DNA from: an uncultured Candidatus Berkelbacteria bacterium
Lineage (GTDB): Bacteria > Patescibacteriota > UBA1384 > UBA12157 > JAENIV01
Length of the DNA stretch: 37,611 nucleotides
Reading direction: 5' to 3'
NCBI GenBank assembly: GCA_963698075.1
Contig: OY969116.1
Location: forward strand, 149,881-187,491
Shown here one piece after another: positions 7,661-16,485 of this stretch (within the stretch, counting starts at the first letter, position 1; every line of letters starts with the position of its first letter). The position numbers and the translations under genes are program-made. Under the pieces are notes generated by a model. It did not search any database and had not been told where the DNA came from. It saw only the letters and a list, made by a program, of their open reading frames with translations.

Positions 7661-10374
7661 TTTACTGTTTTCTCAATCATTACAATTTCCTTTTTATTCA
7701 ACCCATAAAGTTCGTAGACTTTTTGGTCAATGAATTTTATAGTTTCTTTAATTTTAACTTGCAATTTATTCCACTCATCGCTTTCTTCATACTCATTTTT
7801 TAATTCTCTAAAAAGACTGATGATTTTTTGTGTTTTTTCTTTTAGAAAATTTGATACACTTTCGTCTGGAATTATAATCGGTAATTCCCTTAATTGATTA
7901 GGACCTATGTTTAAGGCTCCGCCCTGCATCGAGAGATCCCTAAATTTGGTCTTAAAAATATCCGTCATTAAGGTGCTATTTAGAATGGCAAGTAAAATAT
8001 TCAAATCAATTTTTCCGTACTTCACAACACAGGTTGACTTACCTGCTAGATATTCTCCACTTGAATCCAGAAATGCTTCAATTTTTTGTGTCATACTCGC
8101 TACGATCAGTTTGGAAGAGTGGGCATCAAGGAAACGTTTTGGGGCTATTTCTTTTAATTCTTTTCGAAGAATTATCGGTCGAGTATAAGAGTCTTTAATA
8201 TAAATTACTTTTTTAATTTTCCAAAGGTTAGTATAAGGGTCTATGCAGCCTGAATTGATTAACTTAAAGAAATCTTTTTCACTGTTTAGATTTTTGATTT
8301 TAGGTTTTAATCTATATGCTTCACTAACAGTCGCACCAGGATTTACTTCGGCCACTTCTCGCAGTGGAACAGATTTTTGTTTAATATTTTGCCAAAGATT
8401 TGTTGAAGAATCTCTTGATAGAGCAGGTGTCCAGCTTGAGTTTTCGAGCGTCTTTTGATTAATCTGAAAGGTAGTCGATAATTTTCTCTCATTGATCATT
8501 CTGTCGAAAATAATTCGATTATTTTTATTATCTTCATTCTTCTGAATAATTATCACTATCGGATAAACTCCAACATTAAAAACTTTAATGTTTGAATAAT
8601 CTCTGATCGCAATAATTCTGTACTTATTTATGAGTCTTCGTAGCGGCTCTGCGTAGTCGGCTGATAAAAGCTTGTTAGGTACTATCATTCCGAGAAAACC
8701 ATCGTTTCTTAACAGATCAAGCCCTTTTTCAATAAACAAACAGAATATATCCCAATTTCCTTTCGCGGCTTCATAATTTTTTGTACAGTAATTTCTAAAA
8801 TCTTTTTGAGTTTTAGATAATTCCTCGGAATCGATATATGGCGGATTTCCGATTATAATATCAAAGCCTTTATTTTTAAAAACTTCTGAAAATTCTTTTT
8901 TCCAATTAAAAGGTTTTACCTCTTTCCAACTTTTACCAAAATATTTCTTTAGTTCGGTTTCATTGGCAGATATCAAGGAATTTCCTTCTTTAATGTTATC
9001 TGTCAACATAGGCAATAGTTCTCTGGATTCTGTTGATTTTAATAAAAGATTTAGCCGGGCAATTTCAGTTGCCCTCGGATCAAGATCAACGCCAAAAATA
9101 TTTTCACTTAGTATCCTGAATTTTCTTAAATAATGGAATGTTTTCTCCGCACCATTTTCTTTACGAATGTCTCTCAAATAATTATTTATTGATTCAAAGG
9201 CTTTAATTAAAAAAGAACCACTACCGCAGGCAGGGTCTAAAATTTTGAGGTTTTCAATCTCCCTCAAAGATTTTTCTTTTAAAATTCTTCCTAAAGTATT
9301 ATTAACAATGTATTCCACGATATAAGTTGGAGTATAATAAATTCCGTGTTTTTTTCTTTTTGTATCTTGCGTTTCACCTTTTTGTAATTCGCCCAAGTAT
9401 TGCTCATAGATACTACCAAGAACATCGGCATTGATTTTATCAAAAGTGTAAGGAATTTGAGAAATTCCTCTTTCCCGATAAAGATCATCAATAATTTCTT
9501 CAAAATAACTTTCATCGGCTTTGAGGGCATCGCAAGTATGTGGATGGAAAAGTTTACTATTATACCAGTGATCGTATTGATGAAATAAGCCGTGTAGCTT
9601 TTCCAACAATAAGCCGGGTTTTCGATCCTTGCTTATCCATTCTTGGAGAGCTTGCCACAAACATTTTTGTTCAATCCCACGATCTTCAATCGTCCTAATA
9701 AAAATTAATCTGTCTAAAAATCTTTGTATGGCTTCTTCGAGCGTGATGTGACTAATGGTGTTATAGGCATCAAAAACAGTTTTTAATTTGTCATGCCATT
9801 TCACTAAATCGCTAGCCAACAACTCGTTAATTGGTGCGCGTTTGGGCTTTTTGCCCCATTCAAGAGCCTTTTCGTCAAGCAAATTTTGAGTACAGGCTTC
9901 ACGTGAAAGTAACCAAAGTTTGTCAAACTTTTCTAAGTATTCACCAGATTTAAGTTCAAAGAATTTACACTGTTCTGGAGTTGCGACTTCCCATTCAGCA
10001 TTAAAAACTTTTATACCTTCGAAATCACTTAAAACAGCCCAAGAAATCCCTTTATGGTAGGCATAACTAATAACCTGTTTTGCCCATTTTTCATCGTCTA
10101 AATTAACATGTAAAGCCTTGATTTCTAAGAATATTTTTGGTGAATTGTCAATTTGGCACACATAATCGATACGTCCTTGAATTGCTCTTTCTTCTTCAAT
10201 AAATTCTTGACCGAATTCATTGTGGACATCCCAACCGAGAGCCTTGAATAAAGGCAATATAAAATCTTTCCTCGTCATTGCCTCATTGTATCCCGGAAGC
10301 AAATGTTGAGATTTTTTTAATTCATACCGGTTAATTAACCTTTGAATTTCTTGTTTTGCTTGTTCTTTGGTCAT
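7657..10374 (-). CDS. Type IIG-like fused restriction endonuclease / N6-adenine methyltransferase
   Basis: N-terminal HsdR_N-like nuclease (GRIDY...FLEIK...QVISYAY), GIYYTP, motif I DPACGSGSF, motif IV NPPY, C-terminal TaqI-like target recognition region. Start moved to ATG 10374 (905 aa). Confidence 0.9.
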   Translation of the reverse strand: MTKEQAKQEIQRLINRYELKKSQHLLPGYNEAMTRKDFILPLFKALGWDVHNEFGQEFIEEERAIQGRIDYVCQIDNSPKIFLEIKALHVNLDDEKWAKQVISYAYHKGISWAVLSDFEGIKVFNAEWEVATPEQCKFFELKSGEYLEKFDKLWLLSREACTQNLLDEKALEWGKKPKRAPINELLASDLVKWHDKLKTVFDAYNTISHITLEEAIQRFLDRLIFIRTIEDRGIEQKCLWQALQEWISKDRKPGLLLEKLHGLFHQYDHWYNSKLFHPHTCDALKADESYFEEIIDDLYRERGISQIPYTFDKINADVLGSIYEQYLGELQKGETQDTKRKKHGIYYTPTYIVEYIVNNTLGRILKEKSLREIENLKILDPACGSGSFLIKAFESINNYLRDIRKENGAEKTFHYLRKFRILSENIFGVDLDPRATEIARLNLLLKSTESRELLPMLTDNIKEGNSLISANETELKKYFGKSWKEVKPFNWKKEFSEVFKNKGFDIIIGNPPYIDSEELSKTQKDFRNYCTKNYEAAKGNWDIFCLFIEKGLDLLRNDGFLGMIVPNKLLSADYAEPLRRLINKYRIIAIRDYSNIKVFNVGVYPIVIIIQKNEDNKNNRIIFDRMINERKLSTTFQINQKTLENSSWTPALSRDSSTNLWQNIKQKSVPLREVAEVNPGATVSEAYRLKPKIKNLNSEKDFFKLINSGCIDPYTNLWKIKKVIYIKDSYTRPIILRKELKEIAPKRFLDAHSSKLIVASMTQKIEAFLDSSGEYLAGKSTCVVKYGKIDLNILLAILNSTLMTDIFKTKFRDLSMQGGALNIGPNQLRELPIIIPDESVSNFLKEKTQKIISLFRELKNEYEESDEWNKLQVKIKETIKFIDQKVYELYGLNKKEIVMIEKTVK

Positions 10375-10402
10375 AATAAACTCAACTTTGCATAATTTCT
10401 CA

Positions 10403-11287
10403 TTAAAGCTTAAACTTCTTATCGATTTTCCAAACCCCCCGCTCACGAAAAGCAGGAATATTTTGCCGACGGGCGGCATTAAAAACTACTGGCGCTTTTA
10501 ATCCTTGATGTTTCACATATTCGGAAAGATTAATTATTTCCGAGCCCTTAAGATAAGATACACGTTTGTGAAGTGATTCGATCAGTGCCAGCGCCACCAC
10601 TTTTTCCATCAGTTTGGGATTTTTATTTTGTTGATACTCTTTGAACGCTTCATAGTATTGAGTTTTTTCTTTATTACGGATAATAAGACGCGGGAAGCCA
10701 AGTTGGAGTAGTTGAAAATTTAAAATTACTCGTCCAATCCGACCGTTGCCGTCAATAAATGGATGGATGCCTTCAAATTCTAAATGAAATTTCGCGATTT
10801 TATCAATAAAATATGATGTCTGATCGCTTGAGTAATCAATTAAAATATTCTCAATTAATCTTTCAATCTGTTCTGGAGCCGGCGCGACGTGGGTTCCAAC
10901 TCTGACATATTCCCCACCTCTTCGAAAGCGGCCAGCAATATTATCGTCAATACCGCCAATCAACATCTGATGGATTAGCAAAATTAATTCTTTTGAAAGG
11001 TCTTGTTCTTTGGCTTTATTACGCGTATAGTCAACGACTCTTGCGAGATTTTTTGCCTCGAATACTTCGCGCAAAGAGACCTTACGGGAAAGCTCCTGTT
11101 CAAGTAAAATTTTTTCCGTCTCTTTAAGCGTTAAGGTTGAATTTTCTATGGCGTTGGAATTGTAGACACTTTCTGGCACTTCATTTTGATCAATTATAAC
11201 CAAAAGAGAATCCTTGTCTTTTTTCAAGGTGTCATATTTGATTTTGAGTTCTCTAATTTTATCGCGAAATACTTTATTTGTTGCCAT
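10403..11287 (-). CDS. Fic family protein with C-terminal HTH-like domain
   Basis: Canonical HPFIDGNGRIGR; inhibitory-helix-like SNAIEN; C-terminal LSEY...IPAFRERGVWKI resembles an excisionase-type HTH. Confidence 0.9.
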   Translation of the reverse strand: MATNKVFRDKIRELKIKYDTLKKDKDSLLVIIDQNEVPESVYNSNAIENSTLTLKETEKILLEQELSRKVSLREVFEAKNLARVVDYTRNKAKEQDLSKELILLIHQMLIGGIDDNIAGRFRRGGEYVRVGTHVAPAPEQIERLIENILIDYSSDQTSYFIDKIAKFHLEFEGIHPFIDGNGRIGRVILNFQLLQLGFPRLIIRNKEKTQYYEAFKEYQQNKNPKLMEKVVALALIESLHKRVSYLKGSEIINLSEYVKHQGLKAPVVFNAARRQNIPAFRERGVWKIDKKFKL

Positions 11288-11293
11288 AATCCT

Positions 11294-11322
11294 ATTATAC
11301 TATATTTACTATAAAATGTCAA
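11294..11322 (-). promoter_or_regulatory. Consensus sigma70 promoter TTGACA-N17-TATAAT, leaderless fic transcript
   Basis: -35 at 11317-11322 and -10 at 11294-11299, 6 nt before ATG 11287. An inverted repeat TAGTGAAT (11327-11334)/ATTCACTA (11355-11362) lies upstream. Confidence 0.8.
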
Positions 11323-11445
11323 TATTTAGTGAATTAGTATTGTTTTTAATGCATATTCACTACTTTTTGCCTTAGCCAGATTTAGGCATTTTTGCCCTTT
11401 CTTAGCTCAATCCTACACTTAATTTCCCTTTCCTTCAAGAGAACA

Positions 11446-11471
11446 CAACGGCTCAGACGAGTGAGCCGTTG
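11446..11471. repeat. Palindrome CAACGGCTCA-gacgag-TGAGCCGTTG (copy 2; possible clpC terminator)
   Basis: Perfect 10-bp stem 20 nt after the clpC stop; arms match copy 1. Confidence 0.75.
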
Positions 11472-11491
11472 GATTACAGGTATCAGGGATA

Positions 11492-14038
11492 TTAAGAGTT
11501 CTTTTTAGTCGGTTTTGTCTTAAAGATAATTTTATCTTTTGAGAGGCTAATATTGACCGTGTCGCCCTTTTTGATTTTGCCGGCTAACATCTCCTCCGAA
11601 AGTGGATCCTCGATCAGGTCGGAAATGGCGCGGCGCAAGGGTCTGGCGCCAAAGGCGGGATCGAAACCTTTTTTCAAAATTAACTCTTTTATTTTTGGAC
11701 TAAATTTTAAGGTATAATTTTGGCCCGCCATTCGTTCGCGTAAACTCTCTAAATTCATATCGATAATTTTTTTAAGGTCGGTTTTATCCAGGGCGCGGAA
11801 TACTACAATTTTATCTAAACGGTTGATAAGCTCCGGTCGAAATTCGTCCTTGAGGCGTTTGATGAGATCATCTTTCATTTTTTGATATTCGCCTTCAGCT
11901 TTTTTCTTGGCCTGACCACGGGAGCGAAAACCAATCGTTGCTTGGGCATTGAGTTCGGCAACGCCGATATTGGAGGTCAAAATAATAATCGTATTGCGAA
12001 AATTGACTTTGCGACCCTTGGCGTCGGTCAGTTCTCCATCCTCCAAAATCTGAAGTAAAATATTGAAAACTTCGGGATGGGCTTTTTCAATTTCATCAAA
12101 AAGAACAATTGAGAATGGACGCCGACGGACCTCCTCGGTGAGGCGTCCGGCTTCTTCGTAACCAACGTAACCTGGCGGGGCGCCCACGAGGCGGGAAACA
12201 TTGTGCCGTTCCATAAACTCGCTCATATCAATTTTGATAATCGCCTCCCGGGAACCGAAAAGCTCGTTGGATAAAACCCGCGCCAATTCGGTTTTACCAA
12301 CGCCGGTTGGTCCCATAAAAACAAAAGAACCAATCGGCCGATTTGGGTCAGCAATGCCGGTTTTCGAACGGCGAATTGCCTGGCTAATTTGACGGATAGC
12401 TTCATCTTGGCCGACAATATATTTTTTTAAATTTTTAGCTAAGTGAAGGAATTTTAGTTGTTCTTTACGGGCTAAACTTTCCACAGGAATGGCGGTCCAC
12501 AAAGAAACGACGCGGGCAATATCTTCAGCGGAAATGATTTTTCTTTCTTTTTTGAATTGTTGCTGATTTTTTAGGAATTTGATTTCCTCCACCAGCCGCA
12601 GTTCCAAATCACGCAGCTCCGCAGCTTTTTGATAATTTTGATGATTGACTTCAATTTCTTTTTGAACGGCAATTAATTTCTGCTGCTTTTCCAAATTAGC
12701 CAGCTTTGAATGACGCTGTCTGGGGCTTGAAAGCACTTTGGCGGCGGCGGCCTCGTCAATTAAATCGATCGCTTTATCGGGCAAGAAACGGTCGGCAATG
12801 TAGCGGCCCGCTAAAATTACGGCGGCCATAATTGCTTCGTCGCTGATTTCTACTTGGTGAAATTCTTCATATTTGGGTCGAAGGCCTTGTAAAATTTGGA
12901 TGGTTTCCGCCGCGGTTGGTTCCTCCACTGTCACTTTTCCAAGACGACGTTCCAGGGCGGCATCTTTTTCAATCACCTTGCGGTACTCGTCTTGAGTTGT
13001 TGCCCCGATTAAGTGAAGCCTGCCTTTAGCCAGCGCCGGCTTTAAAATATTGGCGGCGTCAAGCGAGCCCTCGGCCGAGCCGGCGCCAACGACTGTATGG
13101 AGCTCATCAACAAATAAAATACAATTATCAAGCCGCTCGAGTTCTTCCATCACCTTTTTGATTCGGTCTTCAAACTGTCCCCGATACATGGTTCCGGCCA
13201 CAAGAAGTGTTAAATCCAGACGAATGATTTTTTTACCCAAGAGCTTATCCGGGACCTGCCCGGCAATAATTTTTGTCGCTAATCCCTCAACAATGGCGCT
13301 TTTACCGACTCCCGGCTCACCGACTAACACCGGATTATTTTTCGTTCTGCGCGCCAGAATTTGAATTACCCGTTGGATTTCTTTTTCACGACCGATTAAG
13401 GGATCAATTTTCCCCTCGGCCGCTTGAGTTGTTAAATCAACGGTGTAATAATCGAGAATATTTTTCCCGGGCGGTGCCGGTGCTAACGGGGGAGGCATGG
13501 GTAAATCTTGTTCTTCACCAAAACGAGGCTCGCTGAAGCTTCCGGGAAAATCGGCCCCCAGACGCGGGGGTCTCGAGGAGTTTGATTCTAAATCTTTAAT
13601 ATCACGAAATAAATTATTAACTTGATTTTTAATAATATTGGGGTCAGCGCCAATGCGCGAGATGATTTCAAAGCCCAATGAGGTCGGTATTGAGACAATC
13701 GCTAAAAGTAGATGTTCCGGATCAATTTGGACGTGACCAAGATCGCGAGCCAAAATGGCCGATTTCTCAATCACTGTTTTCGCTTCGGCGGTGAGACCAT
13801 CTTTTTGCTCAACGAGTTTTTCTTTCTCAAGCGAGATAACTAAGCGAATTTGATCGAGCGAAATCATGTGTTCATGTAAAATCGCATAAGCGAGCGTCCC
13901 CGGCGTAACCGCCAAGGCGAGTAAAATATGCTGGCTCGAGATGGCGGTTCCGGAATTGGCAGCAATTTTTTGACTGGAAATTAAAACCTTACGGCTAGAA
14001 AGCGAAAATTTTTTAAAGATATCTTTAGGATCGTTCAT
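11492..14038 (-). CDS. clpC: ATP-dependent Clp protease ATP-binding subunit ClpC
   Basis: Two Clp-N repeats, Walker A motifs GEPGVGKS and GPTGVGKT, short UVR-type middle domain. Start ATG 14038 directly after the nusA stop (848 aa). Confidence 0.93.
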   Translation of the reverse strand: MNDPKDIFKKFSLSSRKVLISSQKIAANSGTAISSQHILLALAVTPGTLAYAILHEHMISLDQIRLVISLEKEKLVEQKDGLTAEAKTVIEKSAILARDLGHVQIDPEHLLLAIVSIPTSLGFEIISRIGADPNIIKNQVNNLFRDIKDLESNSSRPPRLGADFPGSFSEPRFGEEQDLPMPPPLAPAPPGKNILDYYTVDLTTQAAEGKIDPLIGREKEIQRVIQILARRTKNNPVLVGEPGVGKSAIVEGLATKIIAGQVPDKLLGKKIIRLDLTLLVAGTMYRGQFEDRIKKVMEELERLDNCILFVDELHTVVGAGSAEGSLDAANILKPALAKGRLHLIGATTQDEYRKVIEKDAALERRLGKVTVEEPTAAETIQILQGLRPKYEEFHQVEISDEAIMAAVILAGRYIADRFLPDKAIDLIDEAAAAKVLSSPRQRHSKLANLEKQQKLIAVQKEIEVNHQNYQKAAELRDLELRLVEEIKFLKNQQQFKKERKIISAEDIARVVSLWTAIPVESLARKEQLKFLHLAKNLKKYIVGQDEAIRQISQAIRRSKTGIADPNRPIGSFVFMGPTGVGKTELARVLSNELFGSREAIIKIDMSEFMERHNVSRLVGAPPGYVGYEEAGRLTEEVRRRPFSIVLFDEIEKAHPEVFNILLQILEDGELTDAKGRKVNFRNTIIILTSNIGVAELNAQATIGFRSRGQAKKKAEGEYQKMKDDLIKRLKDEFRPELINRLDKIVVFRALDKTDLKKIIDMNLESLRERMAGQNYTLKFSPKIKELILKKGFDPAFGARPLRRAISDLIEDPLSEEMLAGKIKKGDTVNISLSKDKIIFKTKPTKKNS

Positions 14039-14039
14039 A

Positions 14040-15203
14040 TTATTTTTTAGGGGCAGTTTTGGATTTTCTTGGTTTTGACTTTTCAGTTTCGGCCGGTTTT
14101 TCCGCTTCTTGGCTGGTCTTTTTTTCTTTACTTTCGGCTTTTTCAATGTCAATGCTCCAACTGGTTAGTTTGGAAGCCAGCCGGACATTTTGACCACCTT
14201 TGCCAATGGCTAAAGAAAGCTGATCTTCATTGACTTGGACAATTGCCTTCTTGTCCCCGCTTTCGCCAAGGCTACGGCGGGCGGGTTTTTTAGCTAATTT
14301 TACTTTAACGACTTTTGCCGGCGAAAGGGCATTAATAATAAATTGATCATCTTTTTCGGCCCAAAGGATGATATCAATTTTTTCTTCACCAAGTTCCGCT
14401 AAGACTGCCTGAATCCGCGTCCCTCGTTGTCCGACACAAGAACCAACTGGATCCAGTCCTTCTTGTTTGGTAAAGACGGCGACTTTGGAGCGAGAACCGG
14501 CCTCGCGGGCAATTTGTTTGATTTCGACGGTCCCAGCAGCAATTTCAGGAACTTCAAGCTCAAAAAGACCGCAAATTAAGCCTGGATCAGCGCGGGAAAC
14601 CAAAACGCGCGGCCCCCGGCTTGATTCTTCCACTCCTTTAATCAAGACTTTGAGGCGTTGGCCGGAATAATAATTTTCCTGAGGGATCTGATCCGAAGGA
14701 ATCATTAAACCGTTAAGTTTGCCCAAATCAACAATGACGTTAGCGCCTTCAACTTGCTGGATGGTGGCATTAAGAATTTTGCCTTCTTTATCTTTATATT
14801 CTTTATAGAGCATATCGCGCTCAGCTTCGCGAATTCGCTGAACAATGACTTGTTTAGCTGTCTGCGCCGCAATGCGGCCAAAATCCGAATGCGGCTCAAG
14901 CGGAATTTGGACTTGTTCTCCGACTTTGGCTTTTTTGGCAATTTTCTTAGCTTCAGCTAAAGTCTTTTGGCTTTCGGCGTCCTCGACTTCTCCGGCCTTG
15001 GCGACAACATCGAAAACTTGCCAAACTTCGGTTTGGCCGGTATCGGGATCGAGTTTAACTTTAATGATCTGCGAGGGTTTACCAAAATCTTTACGGTAAG
15101 CCGCGGCTACAGCCGCTTCGATAGTTTCGAGGATGATTTCTTTAGCGAGTCCTTTTTCGTCACAAATTTGGTTGATAGCTGCCATGAATGGTGAAATGGG
15201 CAT
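14040..15203 (-). CDS. nusA: Transcription termination factor NusA
   Basis: FGRIAAQTAKQVIVQRIREAER, AREAGSRSKVAV, DPVGSCVG and LSLAIGKGGQNVRLASKL. Confidence 0.97.
   Translation of the reverse strand: MPISPFMAAINQICDEKGLAKEIILETIEAAVAAAYRKDFGKPSQIIKVKLDPDTGQTEVWQVFDVVAKAGEVEDAESQKTLAEAKKIAKKAKVGEQVQIPLEPHSDFGRIAAQTAKQVIVQRIREAERDMLYKEYKDKEGKILNATIQQVEGANVIVDLGKLNGLMIPSDQIPQENYYSGQRLKVLIKGVEESSRGPRVLVSRADPGLICGLFELEVPEIAAGTVEIKQIAREAGSRSKVAVFTKQEGLDPVGSCVGQRGTRIQAVLAELGEEKIDIILWAEKDDQFIINALSPAKVVKVKLAKKPARRSLGESGDKKAIVQVNEDQLSLAIGKGGQNVRLASKLTSWSIDIEKAESKEKKTSQEAEKPAETEKSKPRKSKTAPKK
14256..14285. repeat. In-frame 30-nt REP-like palindrome inside nusA (PARRSLGESG)
   Basis: + strand CCGCT-TTC-GCC-AA-GGC-TAC-GGCGG bulged hairpin; the peptide interrupts the second KH domain. 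Confidence 0.7.
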
Positions 15204-15268
15204 AACATCTCCTTTACCCTGTGAAATCGTGAATATTTCTACAAGGTTAATAGTAAAGTCTACTTTAC

Positions 15269-15296
15269 ATTATACGCGGGCTAAAAATTATGTCAA
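15269..15296 (-). promoter_or_regulatory. nusA proximal promoter TTGACA-N16-TATAAT
   Basis: Perfect hexamers at 15291-15296 and 15269-15274. Confidence 0.75.
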
Positions 15297-15313
15297 GCCC
15301 GCCAAAATCTTAC

Positions 15314-15342
15314 AAAAAATGGTAAGTCTGAGACTTACCATT
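15314..15342 (-). terminator. Hairpin plus U-tract between the two nusA promoters
   Basis: Minus strand AATGGTAAGTCT-C-AGACTTACCATT-TTTT; perfect 12-bp inverted repeat. Confidence 0.65.
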
Positions 15343-15350
15343 ACATTTAT

Positions 15351-15379
15351 ATTATAATGAGAAGCTCGGCGAATGTCAA
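15351..15379 (-). promoter_or_regulatory. nusA distal promoter TTGACA-N17-TATAAT
   Basis: Perfect hexamers at 15374-15379 and 15351-15356. Confidence 0.75.
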
Positions 15380-15384
15380 CATTA

Positions 15385-15412
15385 AGCGGTCCGAGGAAGT
15401 TTTCGGACCGCT
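15385..15412. terminator. Hairpin downstream of the histone-fold gene
   Basis: AGCGGTCCGA-ggaagttt-TCGGACCGCT, perfect 10-bp stem. Confidence 0.6.
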
Positions 15413-15460
15413 ATCGAGTTCGTTGGTTTCGCATCCGACAGACCGGAGGTTTTGGTCGGG

Positions 15461-15658
15461 TTATCGGGGATCTCGCGATAGAGACATCAGATCCAAGTCA
15501 ATAATGGCCTGATCAACATCTTGGGTATGGACGTCGCTATTACCCCTAATGCGAGCAATCTCTTGGGCTCTAAGCTGGATCTGAGCACCGATATTCCGCG
15601 TCAGACGCTGCAGATACACCAGAGCTTTACCCTTGACACCCAGTGGTGATGCACCCAT
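15461..15658 (-). CDS. Short histone-fold-like protein (65 aa)
   Basis: SD GGAGG. VKGKALVYLQRLTRNIGAQIQLRAQEIARIRGNSDVHTQDVDQAI follows the L1-alpha2-L2-alpha3 pattern of HMf-type histones (A-x-x-x-G-x-x-x-V-x-x-x-D-V-x-x-A). Confidence 0.6.
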   Translation of the reverse strand: MGASPLGVKGKALVYLQRLTRNIGAQIQLRAQEIARIRGNSDVHTQDVDQAIIDLDLMSLSRDPR

Positions 15659-15681
15659 TTCTGTTTCCTCCAGTTATTTTT

Positions 15682-15710
15682 AATATAGTCTGTATTAAGT
15701 TCTATTTCAA
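15682..15710 (-). promoter_or_regulatory. Probable promoter TTGAAA-N17-TATATT for the histone-fold gene
   Basis: Near-consensus hexamers in an AT-rich spacer. Confidence 0.45.
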
Positions 15711-15737
15711 GAATCTAGTCAAAAATGGAGATATGAA

Positions 15738-15766
15738 GAACGGGGTCGCCAATGGCGACCCCGTTC
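15738..15766 (-). terminator. Terminator-like hairpin of the rSAM-LemA operon
   Basis: GAACGGGGTCGCC-aat-GGCGACCCCGTTC, perfect 13-bp stem about 30 nt after the lemA stop. Confidence 0.7.
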
Positions 15767-15798
15767 AGTACGTCGGGTACGTTCTCCATCCTTTTCAG

Positions 15799-16485
15799 CT
15801 ACGGCGTAGCCACTCCTGCAGGGGCGGGCGCCACCGGTCTTTTGGCCGGGTTGAGGGTCTCGATCTCGAGCTTCTTGACGTCCCCCTCATAGTACTCAAG
15901 CTTTGAGGGGAACCGGCCCATCATCGAGCCCCAGACATTGGGCCAGAACGATCCGCGGTAGGCGTTGTAGTCACGGATCGTCGTAATCCAGTCGTCGAGG
16001 GCCGTCTTGATCTCGTTTGTGCCCTCTTCCATCGTCCGCATCGCCTTCTCGGTTGTCTCAGCCCCTCTGAGCTGCGGGTAGGCCTCGATCTGGACGTTGA
16101 TCGATAGACCTCCCTGCCTGGCCAGTTCAGCGAACGCGGCCTGGGCAACCATGGCAATCTTCGTCAGGTCAAGGGTACTGGAACTTCCGCCAGCTCGTGC
16201 CTGCTCAAAGGCCTCCTTGGCCCTGAGAAAGCCACTTCTGGCCTGTGCTACCCCTTGGAAAGTCACGGACTCGTGTTGGAGGTAGCGCTCCGACATCCCC
16301 CAGACGCCCTGGATCTTCGCGGTAGAAACGTTCAGGGCGGCTGAGTACTTCGAGGCGCCGGCGTTAGCGTTCTGGAACTTGTAGTTGAGACTGTTCCAGA
16401 CGCCGATGAGGCTGGCGATGACGATGATGATCATCAGCACCGCAACGCCGACGACCGCCAAACAGCCGATTCCAGTCTTACTCAT
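15799..16485 (-). CDS. lemA: LemA family protein
   Basis: N-terminal TM, YLQHESVTFQGVAQARS, IEAYPQLRG, NEI...IRDYN...FWPN. Confidence 0.88.
   Translation of the reverse strand: MSKTGIGCLAVVGVAVLMIIIVIASLIGVWNSLNYKFQNANAGASKYSAALNVSTAKIQGVWGMSERYLQHESVTFQGVAQARSGFLRAKEAFEQARAGGSSSTLDLTKIAMVAQAAFAELARQGGLSINVQIEAYPQLRGAETTEKAMRTMEEGTNEIKTALDDWITTIRDYNAYRGSFWPNVWGSMMGRFPSKLEYYEGDVKKLEIETLNPAKRPVAPAPAGVATP

Noticed and set aside
3276-11287. Integron cassette array or prophage
   Set aside because: No attC-like sites, integrase or phage structural genes seen; gaps between genes are very short.
10375-14152. Extended N-termini of the R-M gene (10479) and clpC (14152)
   Set aside because: They overlap upstream genes; family-like sequence starts at the downstream ATGs.
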